DNA from: an uncultured Methanoregulaceae archaeon
Lineage (GTDB): Archaea; Halobacteriota; Methanomicrobia; Methanomicrobiales; Methanospirillaceae
NCBI GenBank assembly: GCA_963705255.1
Contig: OY970061.1
Span: forward strand, 1,152,001 to 1,216,000
Direction: 5' to 3'
DNA length: 64,000 nucleotides
Shown here: in pieces, positions 41,521 through 52,775 of the stretch
How positions within the stretch are numbered: position 1 is the stretch's first letter
How the letters are laid out: each line of letters opens with the position of its first letter
The notes under the pieces: model-generated
Told to the model about the DNA's origin: nothing
Seen by the model: only the letters and a program-made list of their open reading frames with translations
Databases searched by the model: none
Position numbers and translations under genes: made by a program

Positions 41521-42794
41521 TGTTCGAGGAACAGCGAATGTTTAGAATAACATACCATTCAACATACCCGGATACCCGGGATTTTGCAGCAGACAGCAGA
41601 CCGGCTAAATCGGGTAAAAGAACTTCCCCCCGCATCCCCCGTCCAGCGTACGGGACGCTCCTGTTCCTTCTCGTAACCATAGGATTTCTGGTTCTTCCGG
41701 CAAGTGGTTACGGTACGATCGATGCCATTCAGGCTGCAGGTAACGTATACGTATCCAGCTATACCATAGATCCGGCAGTCCTCTTTACCGGGGATACCGC
41801 CACGGCAACGTTTTACGTCACCAACGGGAATGCAAACCAGAGCGTCATGGTCAATCATGCGACATTAGGTGATAATGATATCCATCTCACCAGCGGCTCG
41901 TACGACGCATCTGCCAATATCGGGCCTCTCCAGACCCGGTCGTTCGTATTCTCGATTGGAACCGACAAGAATGCAGGTACGTATTACCCCTCCTTCTCTT
42001 TAAGCTTCAGCGCTGGCAACAGCCTGTATTACCGTACTCCGGTCAAGGTAGACAATACGCCCCTTGTTATGACCATTGCTGAGAAGCCGGATGCATTCAC
42101 CCGAGGGGTAAAGAAAACGATCAGTGTACAGATCTCTAACCCCCGCGACAACGACATAAAAAATGTCATCTTTGAAGCCGTCGGTAACGATGTCACCCTT
42201 GCGCCGTCAAAGACATACATCGGTGATCTGGCTGCCGGAACCAGTACATTGGTCAATTTTACCGTTACACCTGACTCCCCCACTTCACTCTTCATGCATG
42301 TCGATTACGATAACGGGGATAATTCCCACACCATCAACACGACCCTGCCGATCCCGTTTACGACTGACAAACAGCAGGCCGACCCGGTGATGAGCAATAT
42401 TGTTGTTGCCCTCAACAATGGGACCTACGACATCACCGGAGATCTAACCAATGCCGGTCTCTCGACCGCAAATGGTGTCACGGTCACATCGCTTTCCCCC
42501 GCCGTACCGCAGAACCCGGACAGGAATTACGTGATCGGTGCACTCAAGCCTGACGACTTCGGCAGTTTCGAGGTCACATTTACGGTTCCTAAAGGCACGA
42601 CAAGCGTTCCCCTCCAGCAGTCCTACAAAGACAGTGACGGCAATGTGATCACCTCCGTTCAGAACATCGATCTGACCCAAGCTACAACACAGACTGGCTC
42701 ACAGCCAGACGTGCTCCCGGCGCTGGCCGTTGTCATTATCATTGTGCTTGGCGTAGGCGGTTATCTCTACATGAAGAAACGGAAAAACCAGTAA
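41520..42794 (+). CDS. COG1361/S-layer-like extracellular protein with C-terminal TM anchor
   Basis: Signal peptide, Ig-like repeats, YVIGALKPDDFGSFEVTF, TM helix plus KKRK. Confidence 0.82.
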   Translation: MFEEQRMFRITYHSTYPDTRDFAADSRPAKSGKRTSPRIPRPAYGTLLFLLVTIGFLVLPASGYGTIDAIQAAGNVYVSSYTIDPAVLFTGDTATATFYVTNGNANQSVMVNHATLGDNDIHLTSGSYDASANIGPLQTRSFVFSIGTDKNAGTYYPSFSLSFSAGNSLYYRTPVKVDNTPLVMTIAEKPDAFTRGVKKTISVQISNPRDNDIKNVIFEAVGNDVTLAPSKTYIGDLAAGTSTLVNFTVTPDSPTSLFMHVDYDNGDNSHTINTTLPIPFTTDKQQADPVMSNIVVALNNGTYDITGDLTNAGLSTANGVTVTSLSPAVPQNPDRNYVIGALKPDDFGSFEVTFTVPKGTTSVPLQQSYKDSDGNVITSVQNIDLTQATTQTGSQPDVLPALAVVIIIVLGVGGYLYMKKRKNQ

Positions 42795-42807
42795 GGGATG
42801 GGGCGTC

Positions 42808-43479
42808 ATGCAGCCGGTCATCCAGTTTTCCGATGTGGTTAAAATCTACCCGCTCAAGGCCGGAGATGTGATGGCGCTCAACCACATCTCATTTGAAGTG
42901 GAACGCGGGGAGTTCATCTCGATCATGGGGCCATCAGGTTCCGGCAAATCAACGCTGTTGAACCTGATGGGATGCCTTGATACGCCGACTACCGGTGATA
43001 TCTTCATGAGCGGGATCGGCGTGCGCGACATGAGCGATGTCGAACTCACGAACCTGCGACGGGATCGCATCGGGTTCATCTTCCAGTACTTCAACCTCTT
43101 CCCGCTGTTAAACATCATCGAGAATGTAAGTTTTCCCCAGATGCTCAAGTCGCAAAAAAGTGTTGATCCTAAAAAAGCCATCGAAGTACTCAATGCAGTC
43201 CAGCTCGAAGAACATCTCTACACCCACACACCGCTTGAACTCTCGGGAGGCCAGCAGCAGAGGGTTGCTGTCGCACGGGCGCTCATCAACGATCCGGATA
43301 TCCTGCTCTGCGATGAACCAACAGGTAATCTCGATTCAAAGACCGGGGCAAGCATCATGGAGCTTATGACGGAACTCAACCGGAAGGGTTCGACCATCAT
43401 CGTAGTGACCCATGACCCGCATGTTGCCAGTTACACGAACCGAACGATCCGGATCGTTGACGGGAGAATTGCAACATGA
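42808..43479 (+). CDS. ABC transporter ATP-binding protein (LolD/MacB type)
   Basis: GPSGSGKST, LSGGQQQRV, LCDEPTGNLD, VTHD. Confidence 0.95.
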   Translation: MQPVIQFSDVVKIYPLKAGDVMALNHISFEVERGEFISIMGPSGSGKSTLLNLMGCLDTPTTGDIFMSGIGVRDMSDVELTNLRRDRIGFIFQYFNLFPLLNIIENVSFPQMLKSQKSVDPKKAIEVLNAVQLEEHLYTHTPLELSGGQQQRVAVARALINDPDILLCDEPTGNLDSKTGASIMELMTELNRKGSTIIVVTHDPHVASYTNRTIRIVDGRIAT

Positions 43480-44682
43480 GTACGATATTCTGGGAGATCT
43501 CCAAACGAAATATCCGGATCCACATGTTGCGCTCGACCCTTGCAATGCTCGGGATCATCATCGGTGTCGTCGCCATTGGTGCCATGGGTATCCTTGGAAA
43601 CAGTATGACGCAAGAGATCAGCTCGAGTCTTTCTTCAGTGGGGGACTCAGGTAATTGTCACCCCGTACAGCGGGGGCGGTGGCGGGGGGATGGGAGGTGG
43701 TGGCGGAGGAAGCTCAGCAAACTTAATGCTCACCGACCAGAATTACCAGCAGATCAAACGTGTCGTCGCCCCGAACGTGGCGATTCCCGTACTTTCAACA
43801 TCAGAACACATGAAAGTGGGTGTCGGAAGCGACGACATTGTGGCGACCATTTACGGGCTCCCTCCGGATCAAACCAAAGACCTGCTTCCCGAACTTGAAG
43901 CCGGAGATTACAACAACGGGAACTCCGGCTGCCTCGTGGGATCGACTTTTGCAAAGGATCATAACGTCAAGGTCGGGTCACGGATTTCCATCGGATCCGA
44001 CGGGAAATACGGGGCGCTCAGGGTTACCGGTATAATTAAGGAACGGGGGATGAGCTTCGATATCAGCACCGATAGTGCCCTTGTCGTGACAAAAGACTGG
44101 TTTGAGAATACCTACAACGAGCAGAATGAATACAATGAAGTTGTCGTAAAAGTTACCAGCGGCAACACTGCCGATGTAACGACGACTATCGAGAATCAGC
44201 TCAACCGAAACACCAGAGACAAGACCGTTTCCGTGACGGACAGTAAGGCAACCCTCTCATCCATCTACGCGACATTTAGCACGGTCACGACATTTGTCGA
44301 GGCTATTGGTGGCATCTCGATGATCGTTGCCGGGGTCTCCATCTTTAACATCATGATGATGTCAGTCAATGAAAGGATCAAGGAGATCGGGATCATGCGC
44401 AGCATCGGCACCCAGAAAAAAGAGGTGATGAGCATGTTCATCTATGAGGCTGCCATCATCGGTGTCACTGGAAGCCTGATCGGGGGGAGTCTCTGTATCC
44501 TTGCCGGGTATGCGATAAGCGCCCTGATGCTCAAGACCACCGAGTACCTCTTCACCGTAGCGAGTATGATGTCAGTGGTCGAGGGAGTAGGGTTTGGGAT
44601 CGTCATCTGTATTCTCTGTGGAGTGTATCCGGCGTGGCAGGCGGCAAATCTCAACCCGATCGATGCGCTGAGGCACGAGTGA
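43476..44682 (+). CDS. ABC transporter permease (FtsX/MacB type; frameshift near 43650)
   Basis: RSTLAMLGIIIGV, SVNERIKEIGIMRSIG, YPAWQAANLNPIDALRHE. Confidence 0.92.
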
Positions 44683-44749
44683 GGGATATATGCGCACTCA
44701 CATTTTTCACCCTGCAATCAAAAACTCCGTGACCGGGGGTCGTACAGAT

Positions 44750-45014
44750 ACGACAGAGGGAGTCGCACTCCTTGACCGGCGACCCGAAAAAAGCGATCCT
44801 GACCATTATGCAAAGCCTTGTATTTGCCATTCTCTTTGCATACGCGTTTACGTTCATCTTCAGGATGGGGGAGACCGGGATCTGGTGGGGCATGGTTGTG
44901 GGTGAAATTGTAGGGGGACTGTTTGCCTTTCCGTGGGCGCGTGTATACCTTTCACGACTGAAGAGCCAGAGCGGGGAAAAGACGCCCATACCAAAACGGG
45001 TGGCCGGACAATGA
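44750..45014 (+). pseudogene. Internally deleted MATE efflux gene remnant
   Basis: N-terminal TTEGVALL..GDPKKAI joined directly to C-terminal MGETGIWWGMVVGEIVG..WARVYL. Confidence 0.6.
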
Positions 45015-45056
45015 CGCCGGCCTATTGGCAAACAAAACCGGCAGGAGCTAACCAGC

Positions 45057-45215
45057 ATGTCTCATAAAAACCCGTGGGTTCTCATCACGTCGGAGGAAAT
45101 TGCCGAAATACGCAGGCACCTGCGTGTTCTTGAGGTGGGGGGATCCAAAAAGTGCCGGGACAGTATCGGCGCGATTGCCGGAATCCTCATTTTCGTTGAA
45201 CGACACCTGCAATGA
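45057..45215 (+). CDS. Small hypothetical protein, 52 aa (below ORF-track cutoff)
   Basis: GGAG then MSHKNPWVLITSEEIAEIRRHL..ILIFVERHLQ. Confidence 0.45.
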   Translation: MSHKNPWVLITSEEIAEIRRHLRVLEVGGSKKCRDSIGAIAGILIFVERHLQ

Positions 45216-45675
45216 TCGAATACCGCTTGAAAAAAACCAGACATGTCTGGTCAAAACATCAAGGGAGGATGCGCATGAAACAACACCGCTAAAAAAACAA
45301 AAAAGGATTCTGGAACGTCAGACCCGGTAACAAACGCTCGAAAAAGAGCGGGCTGTTTCTTGGGAATGTGGTGCGATGACCATGCTCGAAAAAAGTATGC
45401 GGTAACGGGGGAATCCGGGGGATGCTGGTCAAAGAGTATAAAAACCCCGATACCCTCTCCGGGCCCTCTTTACCCTGTTTCCCACTTTCTGGGCACAAGA
45501 AGGGAGGAAAAGCAATACCTGCTTTCCTGATCATCGTGAAGTACCCGTTCCCTAGTATCTGTCTTCCGGGGGCGAAATTCCTGAATCTTCGGAATCGTTT
45601 TTTCCCTGCCCGGGAAGGGCGCTGATCCGGTGTTCTTTCCTTGAGTTCTTTGGGGAAGGACCGGGCGGACCGGCG

Positions 45676-45808
45676 GGTTCTGGTGCGTTGTCGTGGCTTC
45701 ATTATGAAACATAGAGAATTTGCTGTTTAGTGCTTTCAGATAATTCAAGGCGTTATTAAGAACTATTTTTGGAAGGAAATATCACAGACCCAAATACGCA
45801 CCAGAACC
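45676..45808. mobile_element. 133-bp MITE-like element with perfect 12-bp terminal inverted repeats
   Basis: GGTTCTGGTGCG (45676) / CGCACCAGAACC (45797-45808). Confidence 0.6.
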
Positions 45809-46144
45809 TCAAAGCTAAAACTTTAAGCAAAATCAAAGTGATCTTCTATATCTTTTAAGATTGTCGATTAAAATAAAGCATGATTTAATACTTTATTTCG
45901 GTTTGTGTAAGACTAACCGAAACGCTTTCGGATGGCAAAAAGATCTACCACCGTGAGATCTCTCCGGGCCGGATCATCCAATCCGATCCACGGATCAGAC
46001 CGGCCGGATCACAGAAAATATTGCCTGATACAACAAAAGGAGAATAGAATTTTAAGAAGATTCAAGAAACATCAATAAAAATAGTTAACAATAGATAGAT
46101 TGTGACTTTCTTTAAAAAAGAGATTCCCGATTCCTTTTCCGTTC

Positions 46145-47179
46145 TCATATGAAGAACCGGAACGTGATCCACGCCACAATCAGCATGATGGCCGAATACT
46201 TCAGCCCCGCGATGAAGCGCCCCTCGCCCATCTGGCCGGCCACGAGGCCCGAGAAGAACCCCTGGAGCATGGCGGCGTGGGAGAAGAGCCGCTTGTACAC
46301 GAAGAGATCGATCTTCCCCATAAACCCGTGCGCACCGGCAGCGGCTGCGGCTGCCCCTGCTGTTGCCATCGTCGAGAGGAACGACGAGACTAGGATGGCG
46401 ATGACGAACAGGAACACCGCGAACGAGACGAGTGACGATGATGACGTAGATGAGCATATTGTTGCTGCGTTCGGTCTGGAGGTTCACCACTTCGAACGTA
46501 TCCTTCGCAGCAGCCCTCAGGACCTCGCTCACGTCACCGCCGGCTTTGCTCGCCTTGGCGATAAGGTCGACACTCCGGTCGGCGAGCTTGTACCAAGGCC
46601 CCTCCCGAAGCGGTACAGGGCTTCGACGAAATTGACACCCCAGGACATCTCGTTGTCGAGTTTCCGTATGTGCGGGGTGAGGGTCCCGTATTCCGCACCT
46701 GCTACGAGGTGGACGGCCGTCGGGAGGGTCATGCCGGAATCGTTCATCCCCGCAAGATCGCGGAAGAAGTTGGGCAGTGCATTCTCAAGGTTTTTGACCC
46801 GGACCTGTTCCCGTAAGTCCAGGAGCGCGACCGGGATGATGGCGATCAGGACAGCAAAGACCGCAAAATCGTCGACAGACGTTGAATTGAAGAGTACTCC
46901 CATGCCATAGGTCCTCACCATGAAGAGGAAACCCCCGATGAAAACCAGCAGGGAGAGCGGGATGCAGACGATGAGGATGTTCTCCGGGCGCTCGGTCAGG
47001 ACCTGGAACGGGTGTTTCAGGAACTTTCCAACCCCTTCCCTGCTCTGCCGTTCGTGCTCGAGCTTCTTCGTGATCTCGGCAAATTCGTCTTCCACGGGCC
47101 CGAGCTCATCGGTCCTGATCGGCTCGCGGCTGTGGGGGCCCTTGTTGAGCAGGTTGCTGAAAATATCGGAAAATCCCAT
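46145..47179 (-). CDS. Type IV pilus platform protein (T2SSF/TadC-like), frameshifts near 46430 and 46585
   Basis: LPNFFRDLAGMNDSGMTL, YGTLTPHI, MSWG, ERSNNMLIYVII, QGFFSGLVAGQMGEG. Confidence 0.88.
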
Positions 47180-47181
47180 AG

Positions 47182-48106
47182 TCAGGACTCCGGCGTCATG
47201 GAACTGATCATGATCACGAACGCAATACTCCCGAGAGGTATCATGATGTAGATGATGGCATAGAGGAACAGGGGGCGGTTGTCTCCTGAAAGCACCGACA
47301 TGATTGACTGCAGGATGATCAGGAAGAGGGTGCCGGCCACCATCGCCGTCACGTAGGACTCCGCGATCAGCCCGAGCATCTCGAGGAACTGCTTCTGGGT
47401 CTGGCGGTTCTCGAGCGCGTACTGGTCTGCCTTCGTGCGGAAATACTCGGTGAGGTTGCCGCCGCTGGAGATACTCGCCATCGCACCCTGCAGGAACTCT
47501 TTCATGCGCTTGCTCGGGGTACTCGCGGAAACCAGCCGCAGGGCATCGATCAGGTCGCGCCCGAAGATATCGATCTCGCGGGCGACATACCGGGCCTCCA
47601 CCGAGCTTTCCCCATAGATCGGGCTGTCGCCAAGGAGGCGGAACACTTCGGCCGGGGTGATGCCTGCCGTGGACATTGAGGTCACATAGTTGATAGCGTA
47701 CGGGAGACTCGCGTCGATGTTCCGCCGCCGGTTACCGGCCTCGAGGCCCGGGTACATGATGAAGGCTGCATAGGTCAGCCCCCCGAATACGAGGAGGGAG
47801 AAGATGGTGATGGCGATCGTCCCGATCAGGAGACTGTGGACGGAAAGGGCAACGAGCGGGCCGGGAACGGCCCCGCGGTACTTGATGAGGGCGGGGATCT
47901 TCAGGATCCAGCTGAACAGGCCGATGACAGCCGCCGCACAGAACCCGACAATGATCGAACTGACGAATGCCGTCGAGAGATATACCTCGAAGGGGGTCTT
48001 GAACCGGGCCGAGAGGAGGTCGTTCCGGAGCTGGGAGGTACTCGTCGCGTTTCCCTTTCATCCGCTTGCCGAAGAGGTTGAAGCAGAACCGCTCGTAACT
48101 ATTCAT
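47182..48106 (-). CDS. Type IV pilus platform protein (T2SSF/TadB/C-like), frameshift near 48035
   Basis: IDASLPYAINYVTSMSTAG, FGRDLIDAL, TPSKRMKEFLQG, LIAESYVT. Confidence 0.9.
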
Positions 48107-50512
48107 AGAGGTCCTTCCTCACCCTCTCGATGACTGCTTCCGGGTCGCGGTGATAGGAGATGAGGATCTTCGCCACGTCCTTGTAGTGCCGTATCTTCTT
48201 GATCCTCATCCATTCGAGCACCTCCTGGCGGCGCTTGAGCTCCTCGCGCATCCGGTTCTCGCTCCACCCCTTCGCTTCCATGATCTCTTCGAGCAGGTAG
48301 GACTTCCCGGAATAGTTGTGCTCGTCGGTGGCAGAGCGCCACTTGAAGACCTCGTTCGTTATCAGTTCGTTCGTCCTCGGGTCGATATCGAGGATCTCGA
48401 CGATCTGCTTGTTCCTCCTGATCCGCTTGCCGCCAACCCGGGCCTGCACCTGGACGCAGATGAAGTCAAGAGCGGAGAGCATATTGCGGGGCACGTCCAT
48501 CGGGGGGTTCTCGATACGGTGGACGACGCTGGCGACCGAGTCGGCGTGCGTAGTGGAATAGGTGACGTGGCCGGTGCTCATCGCCTGGAAGAGCGTCTGG
48601 CATTCCTTGCCCCGTACTTCGCCTACGATGATGTACTCGGGACGCTGCCGCATCGCGGCACGCAGGAGTTCGTACATGTTGATCTCCCCCCTCCCGGCCG
48701 TGTCGAACGAGTCCCGGGTGACACTGGGGATCCAGTTGGGGTGGGGGAGTTTCACTTCGCGGGTATCTTCAAGCGAGACGATCTTCGCCATGGGGGGGAT
48801 GAAGAGCGAGATGGCGTTCAGGGCCGTGGTCTTTCCCGATGCCGTCCCCCCGGCGAAGATCGCGGATTTGCCGTTCTCCACCGCGAGCCAGATGTAAGCG
48901 ATGGAGAGCGGGGCGAACGTGTGCCACTCGATGAGGTCCGTGGGAGTGATGGGTTCGTCCTTGAACTTGCGGATGGTGAACGTGGAGCCATGGGCTGTGA
49001 CCTCCTGGCCGAGTGTCATCTGGATACGGGAACCGTCCTGCATCGTCGCGTCGAGGATCGGTTCGGCGATCGAGATGTACTTGCCTGCACGCTGGGCAAG
49101 CTTGGTCACGAAAGAGTCGAGATCTTCCGCGGTATGGTATGCGAGCGTGGTCTTCATCGATTCGTAGCTCGAGTGGAACGCGAAGATGGGTGTGCTGACA
49201 CCGTCGCACGAGATATCCTCGATGTACTTGTCATGCATGATCGCATCGATCAGGCCGTCGCCGAGGAAGTCCTTGTGCATGTTGTAATGGATCTTCTCCC
49301 GCTGGATCGGCGGAAGCCTGATCCCGTAGTCCTGCATGATCTCGTTGGTCGCAATCCGGAGCTTCACCCGTGCATCATCCCTGGAGATGTCCTTGGTGTT
49401 GATGTCCAGCGTCTCGAAGAGGCGTTCCTTGAGCTCCTTCAGCAGCTCCTTCTCAGGGTCGGTGAGCACAGGTTCGAGGACCTGGTACGTGTATTCGTGG
49501 GTGGAGTGGTCGTAGATGATGCGGACATAGGCATACGGCTCGTTGACCGGGTACATCTCCATCTCCTCGATACCGGGCTGCGGGATGAAGACGGTATCCA
49601 CGAGCGGGCCGTGTTTTTTCGGGCTGTATTCCTCCTGCTCGGTGCGGATCGCGCTGAACAGGGCCGAGAGCCCGAACCTCTTCGGTCCTGCCTTCAGCCT
49701 GGCTCCGCTTTCGGCGCTTTCTTCGTCAATGTCAAGGTCCTTGAAACCGGCCGTTGAAAACTCCCGTTTCCAGATCTCGGCAAATTCCGGCGGGAGGGAA
49801 CTGCCCGTTGAACCTTCAAACGCATTGATCCTCCCGTGCAGTTTGATCTCCTCGATCTTGAAAGTCGCCCCTTTGGGAAGGATCAGGCCGGAGATATCGG
49901 ATATCTGGTCGACCGAGATAATTTTTTCATCGGTCTCGGTCTCTTTCGGGGCAGGTGCCGCTTCAGCGGCTGCCGCCACCCTTTTTGCGGCCTTCGGTTT
50001 CCTCATCGCAGCTTTCGGGTCCTCGTCGATGATCTCGATCACTTCTTCGTGTGCGGGTTCCCGGGGAGCCGCAGGTTCCGGTGACGTGGGGGAGGAAACC
50101 CCTTCATGTGCAGATGCGGGCGCCCGGTGGGTGTCCGCCGGAGTTCCGGAACTCCCGACCCCTGCATTCATGGAACCCGGATCCGGTTTTGCCTCAACAG
50201 CCGTTTCTTCGGCAGGGGTCTCTGCATCTTCGAGCAGGTCATCGAGGCTGCTGACCTGCTCTTCTCCGGGACTGGAGGATGACTGCCCTGGAGAGGTTTC
50301 CGGTGCAGGAGATTCTCCGGGGCAGCCATCCCCAGTTTTTTCATGAGGATCGAAAAATCACCGGAATCGGGTGCAGGTCCGGACCGGGGTGCAGCGGGTG
50401 CAGCCGGGGCCTCATCAGGCTGCTCTGGTACCGCTTCCTTCTTCTTTGAGCCACGGATCATATCCGCAATTGAGTTCATATCGTCAGGCGTATCGTCGTC
50501 TCCTCTGGTCAT
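48099..50512 (-). CDS. Type IV pilus assembly ATPase with long disordered N-terminus (frameshift near 50312)
   Basis: EDISCDG, FTIRKF, GGTASGKTT, SLEDTRE, RQRPEYIIVGEVRG, TGH..TTHA. Confidence 0.93.
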
Positions 50513-50689
50513 GCTGGACCTCCCCACGTTGGATCGTGAAATCGCGGTACCGGTTGTTTCAGATGGTTTTCCGGAATGCTGGTAAAAGATAATTTGTGTA
50601 GGAGTATATCTACCCTCCGGGGACGCAAATGCCCCCGGATTACCACCGGCGACCTGCAAAACCCGCGTACAGGAATGATCTCCCCCCGT

Positions 50690-51408
50690 TTACCCGGCTG
50701 TCTCTTTCTGGATGCTTCTTAACATGACCCTGATGAGCCCGAGCTGGGCATCGGCAGTCGTGAAGATGCACAGGGAAAGGTCCCCGCACGGGGCGATGAT
50801 GATCTTGTTCCGGGCTGTTTCGAGGATCAACTGGTCCAGGTCGCCGATCTTCATATCCTCAGCTATCCTGCTCCCTGCCCGCATGAGATCCTCGGCCGAA
50901 GCGGCGACATGCTCAAAATCTGCATCACCTATCGACTGTACCGGGAACCCTTCAAAAAATGCCGAGACCGCAATGACCCCGGGCTGGCTCGCAATCTTCC
51001 TGAGCTTGCCCTCGTCCAGGAGTTCCGGAGGGGCCCCGGGTTCCCCGGCGCCCTTTTTGCCGGGGCCGTGTTATACCCTGAACCCGGGAGCAGCAGGTCT
51101 TCGTCCCGGGAGATCCGTACTGCCTGGGAGAATTCCTGTTCATCGTATTTTCGCAGGGAGAACGTCTGGGGTGCTTCATCTTCCCCCTGTTCCGAGGTCA
51201 TGCGGGAAAGGGCATCATTTCCTTTAAATGCCCCCTCCCCGGTCCGGAAGTAGGCGGAGACGAGCGTCCCGTTGTCCGTCAGGATCAGGCCGTGACCCGC
51301 ACCGGTCTCGATCTCAATAGCGCCACGGAAGGTCGTCAGTTCCTGGACGAACCCCTCGTCCTGGGGGTTGGAAATGGTCCCTCCATCGGTTCCTGCAGGG
51401 AATTTCAT
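50690..51408 (-). CDS. DUF2226/PATAN-like domain fused to a Roadblock/LC7 domain (frameshift near 51035)
   Basis: N: FRGAIEIE..GLILTDNGTLVSAYF..FKGNDAL; C: LRKIASQPGVIAVSAF..DFEHVAASAEDL..LDQLILET..AQLGLIR. Confidence 0.75.
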
Positions 51409-51424
51409 AGAAGAAGAAAGGTGA

Positions 51425-51772
51425 TCAGAGTGCAGCAACAATCCGTTCTTTGTTCTTCTTCAGCTTGTACCGGATCCTTCCGACATTTGACGTCGTATCC
51501 GCTACAATGGCGATGAGTTCGTCCGTTGAAAGCGGGGAGAGGATGATCGGCCCTTTTTCCAGTTCGACGAGCATCTGCAGGAGCTCGCCTTTCCCCAGAG
51601 TACTGCCCATCGCTTCGGAAGTCCCAAGGCCGGTTGACGCCATGGCTCCAAGAGCTTCGATATCAACTTTGCCGGAGACTGCACTTTCTATCACAAAACC
51701 GTCCCTTCCCACGACGACCGCAGCTGATATCCCTTCCACCTTCAGAAATTCCTCGAGCAATGGTTTCAGCAT
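51425..51772 (-). CDS. Roadblock/LC7 (MglB-like) protein
   Basis: VEGISAAVVVGRDGFVIES..ALGAMAS..QMLVELEKG..NVGRIRY. Confidence 0.92.
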   Translation of the reverse strand: MLKPLLEEFLKVEGISAAVVVGRDGFVIESAVSGKVDIEALGAMASTGLGTSEAMGSTLGKGELLQMLVELEKGPIILSPLSTDELIAIVADTTSNVGRIRYKLKKNKERIVAAL

Positions 51773-51993
51773 ATCTGCACCACGTTATAAATGTATCTTC
51801 TTACTCTGTATCTATTAAAATGTTGGTCTTTCTCCTTGCTTTTCTGTTCCGGGAGAGGGGTCGTGGGGTGAAAATATCGCCGATCCGGCATTGATTCCTG
51901 CAGGACCTGCGTGCGGGCCCGAACTGTGCTTATGCAGCCCGATCGTCGTCCGCCCATAAAGAAACTTTATAGGTGAACACCGTCATAGTAACC

Positions 51994-52757
51994 ATGATGC
52001 AGCTTCCGAGGGGCACATTCCGGGAAATACGGAAAAATACAACGGTTGGGGTTGTTCTGAAGGAACTGGAGCGTACAACATTTTCCGGGATCTGCAGCCT
52101 CTCATCCGATCGTGGTACCGGGACGCTCGTGTACCAGTCAGGCACGTGCATTCTCGTCAAATTCCATGGCAAACCCGGCGATCCCGGGTGGGAGGAACTC
52201 CAGAGATGCGGGGGGGAAGTGGACGCCGCCCTCTCAACGCTTGACGAGGCACAGGTCCAGCTCTCCCTCGAATTCAACAAGGCCTGCAGGCTCGTGAAGG
52301 CAGGAAAGGGCGGTCCGTCGCGGAAATCCCCTGCTTATGCTCCCCCCAGCGAGCCTGAAAAAACGGCGGGGGACGCTCACCACACGGCTGCACCGGTACG
52401 GATCCTGCCAAAATCCTCTCCTGCAGCATCGCCTTCCACAGCGAAGGTTTCTCCGGAAAATACATCGCATGCATCCGGGCGGCAATCACCGCAGGTTCCT
52501 GTCCTCTCAGGGGCCCGTCCATCGGCCGGTCGTCCCACATCAAAGGTTCCTCCCCCCACCGGGAACCGGTACAGGTTACGGGAGAGGAGAAGAGCGGCGG
52601 GGAGGCCGGGCGGTCCCCGGATGGGAGCGCCGGTTCTTCCGACCGGGATCTCGATACCCTTGACATCCAGGACCTGGAAAACGTCACGGATAAGATCCGC
52701 AACGACTGCAAGACCATGATCAGGCAGCTCAACCTCGAGCACCTCATGGAACGCTGA
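51994..52757 (+). CDS. DUF2226-like protein with Pro/Ser linker and helical C-terminus (frameshift near 52555)
   Basis: MQLPRGTF..LKELERTTFSGIC..QVQLSLEFN; shifted tail DLENVTDKIRNDCKTMIRQLNLEHL. Confidence 0.7.
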
Positions 52758-52775
52758 CCGGGCAGGAGTTGATCC

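Noticed and set aside
46145-50512. Archaellum (arl/fla) operon
   Set aside because: No archaellins or arlF/G/H, and two separate platform genes, which points to a pilus system
539-52757. Mass pseudogenisation or programmed frameshifting
   Set aside because: Essential genes such as srp54 are hit, both halves stay intact with no in-frame stops, and there are no consistent slippery sites; sequencing indels are more parsimonious
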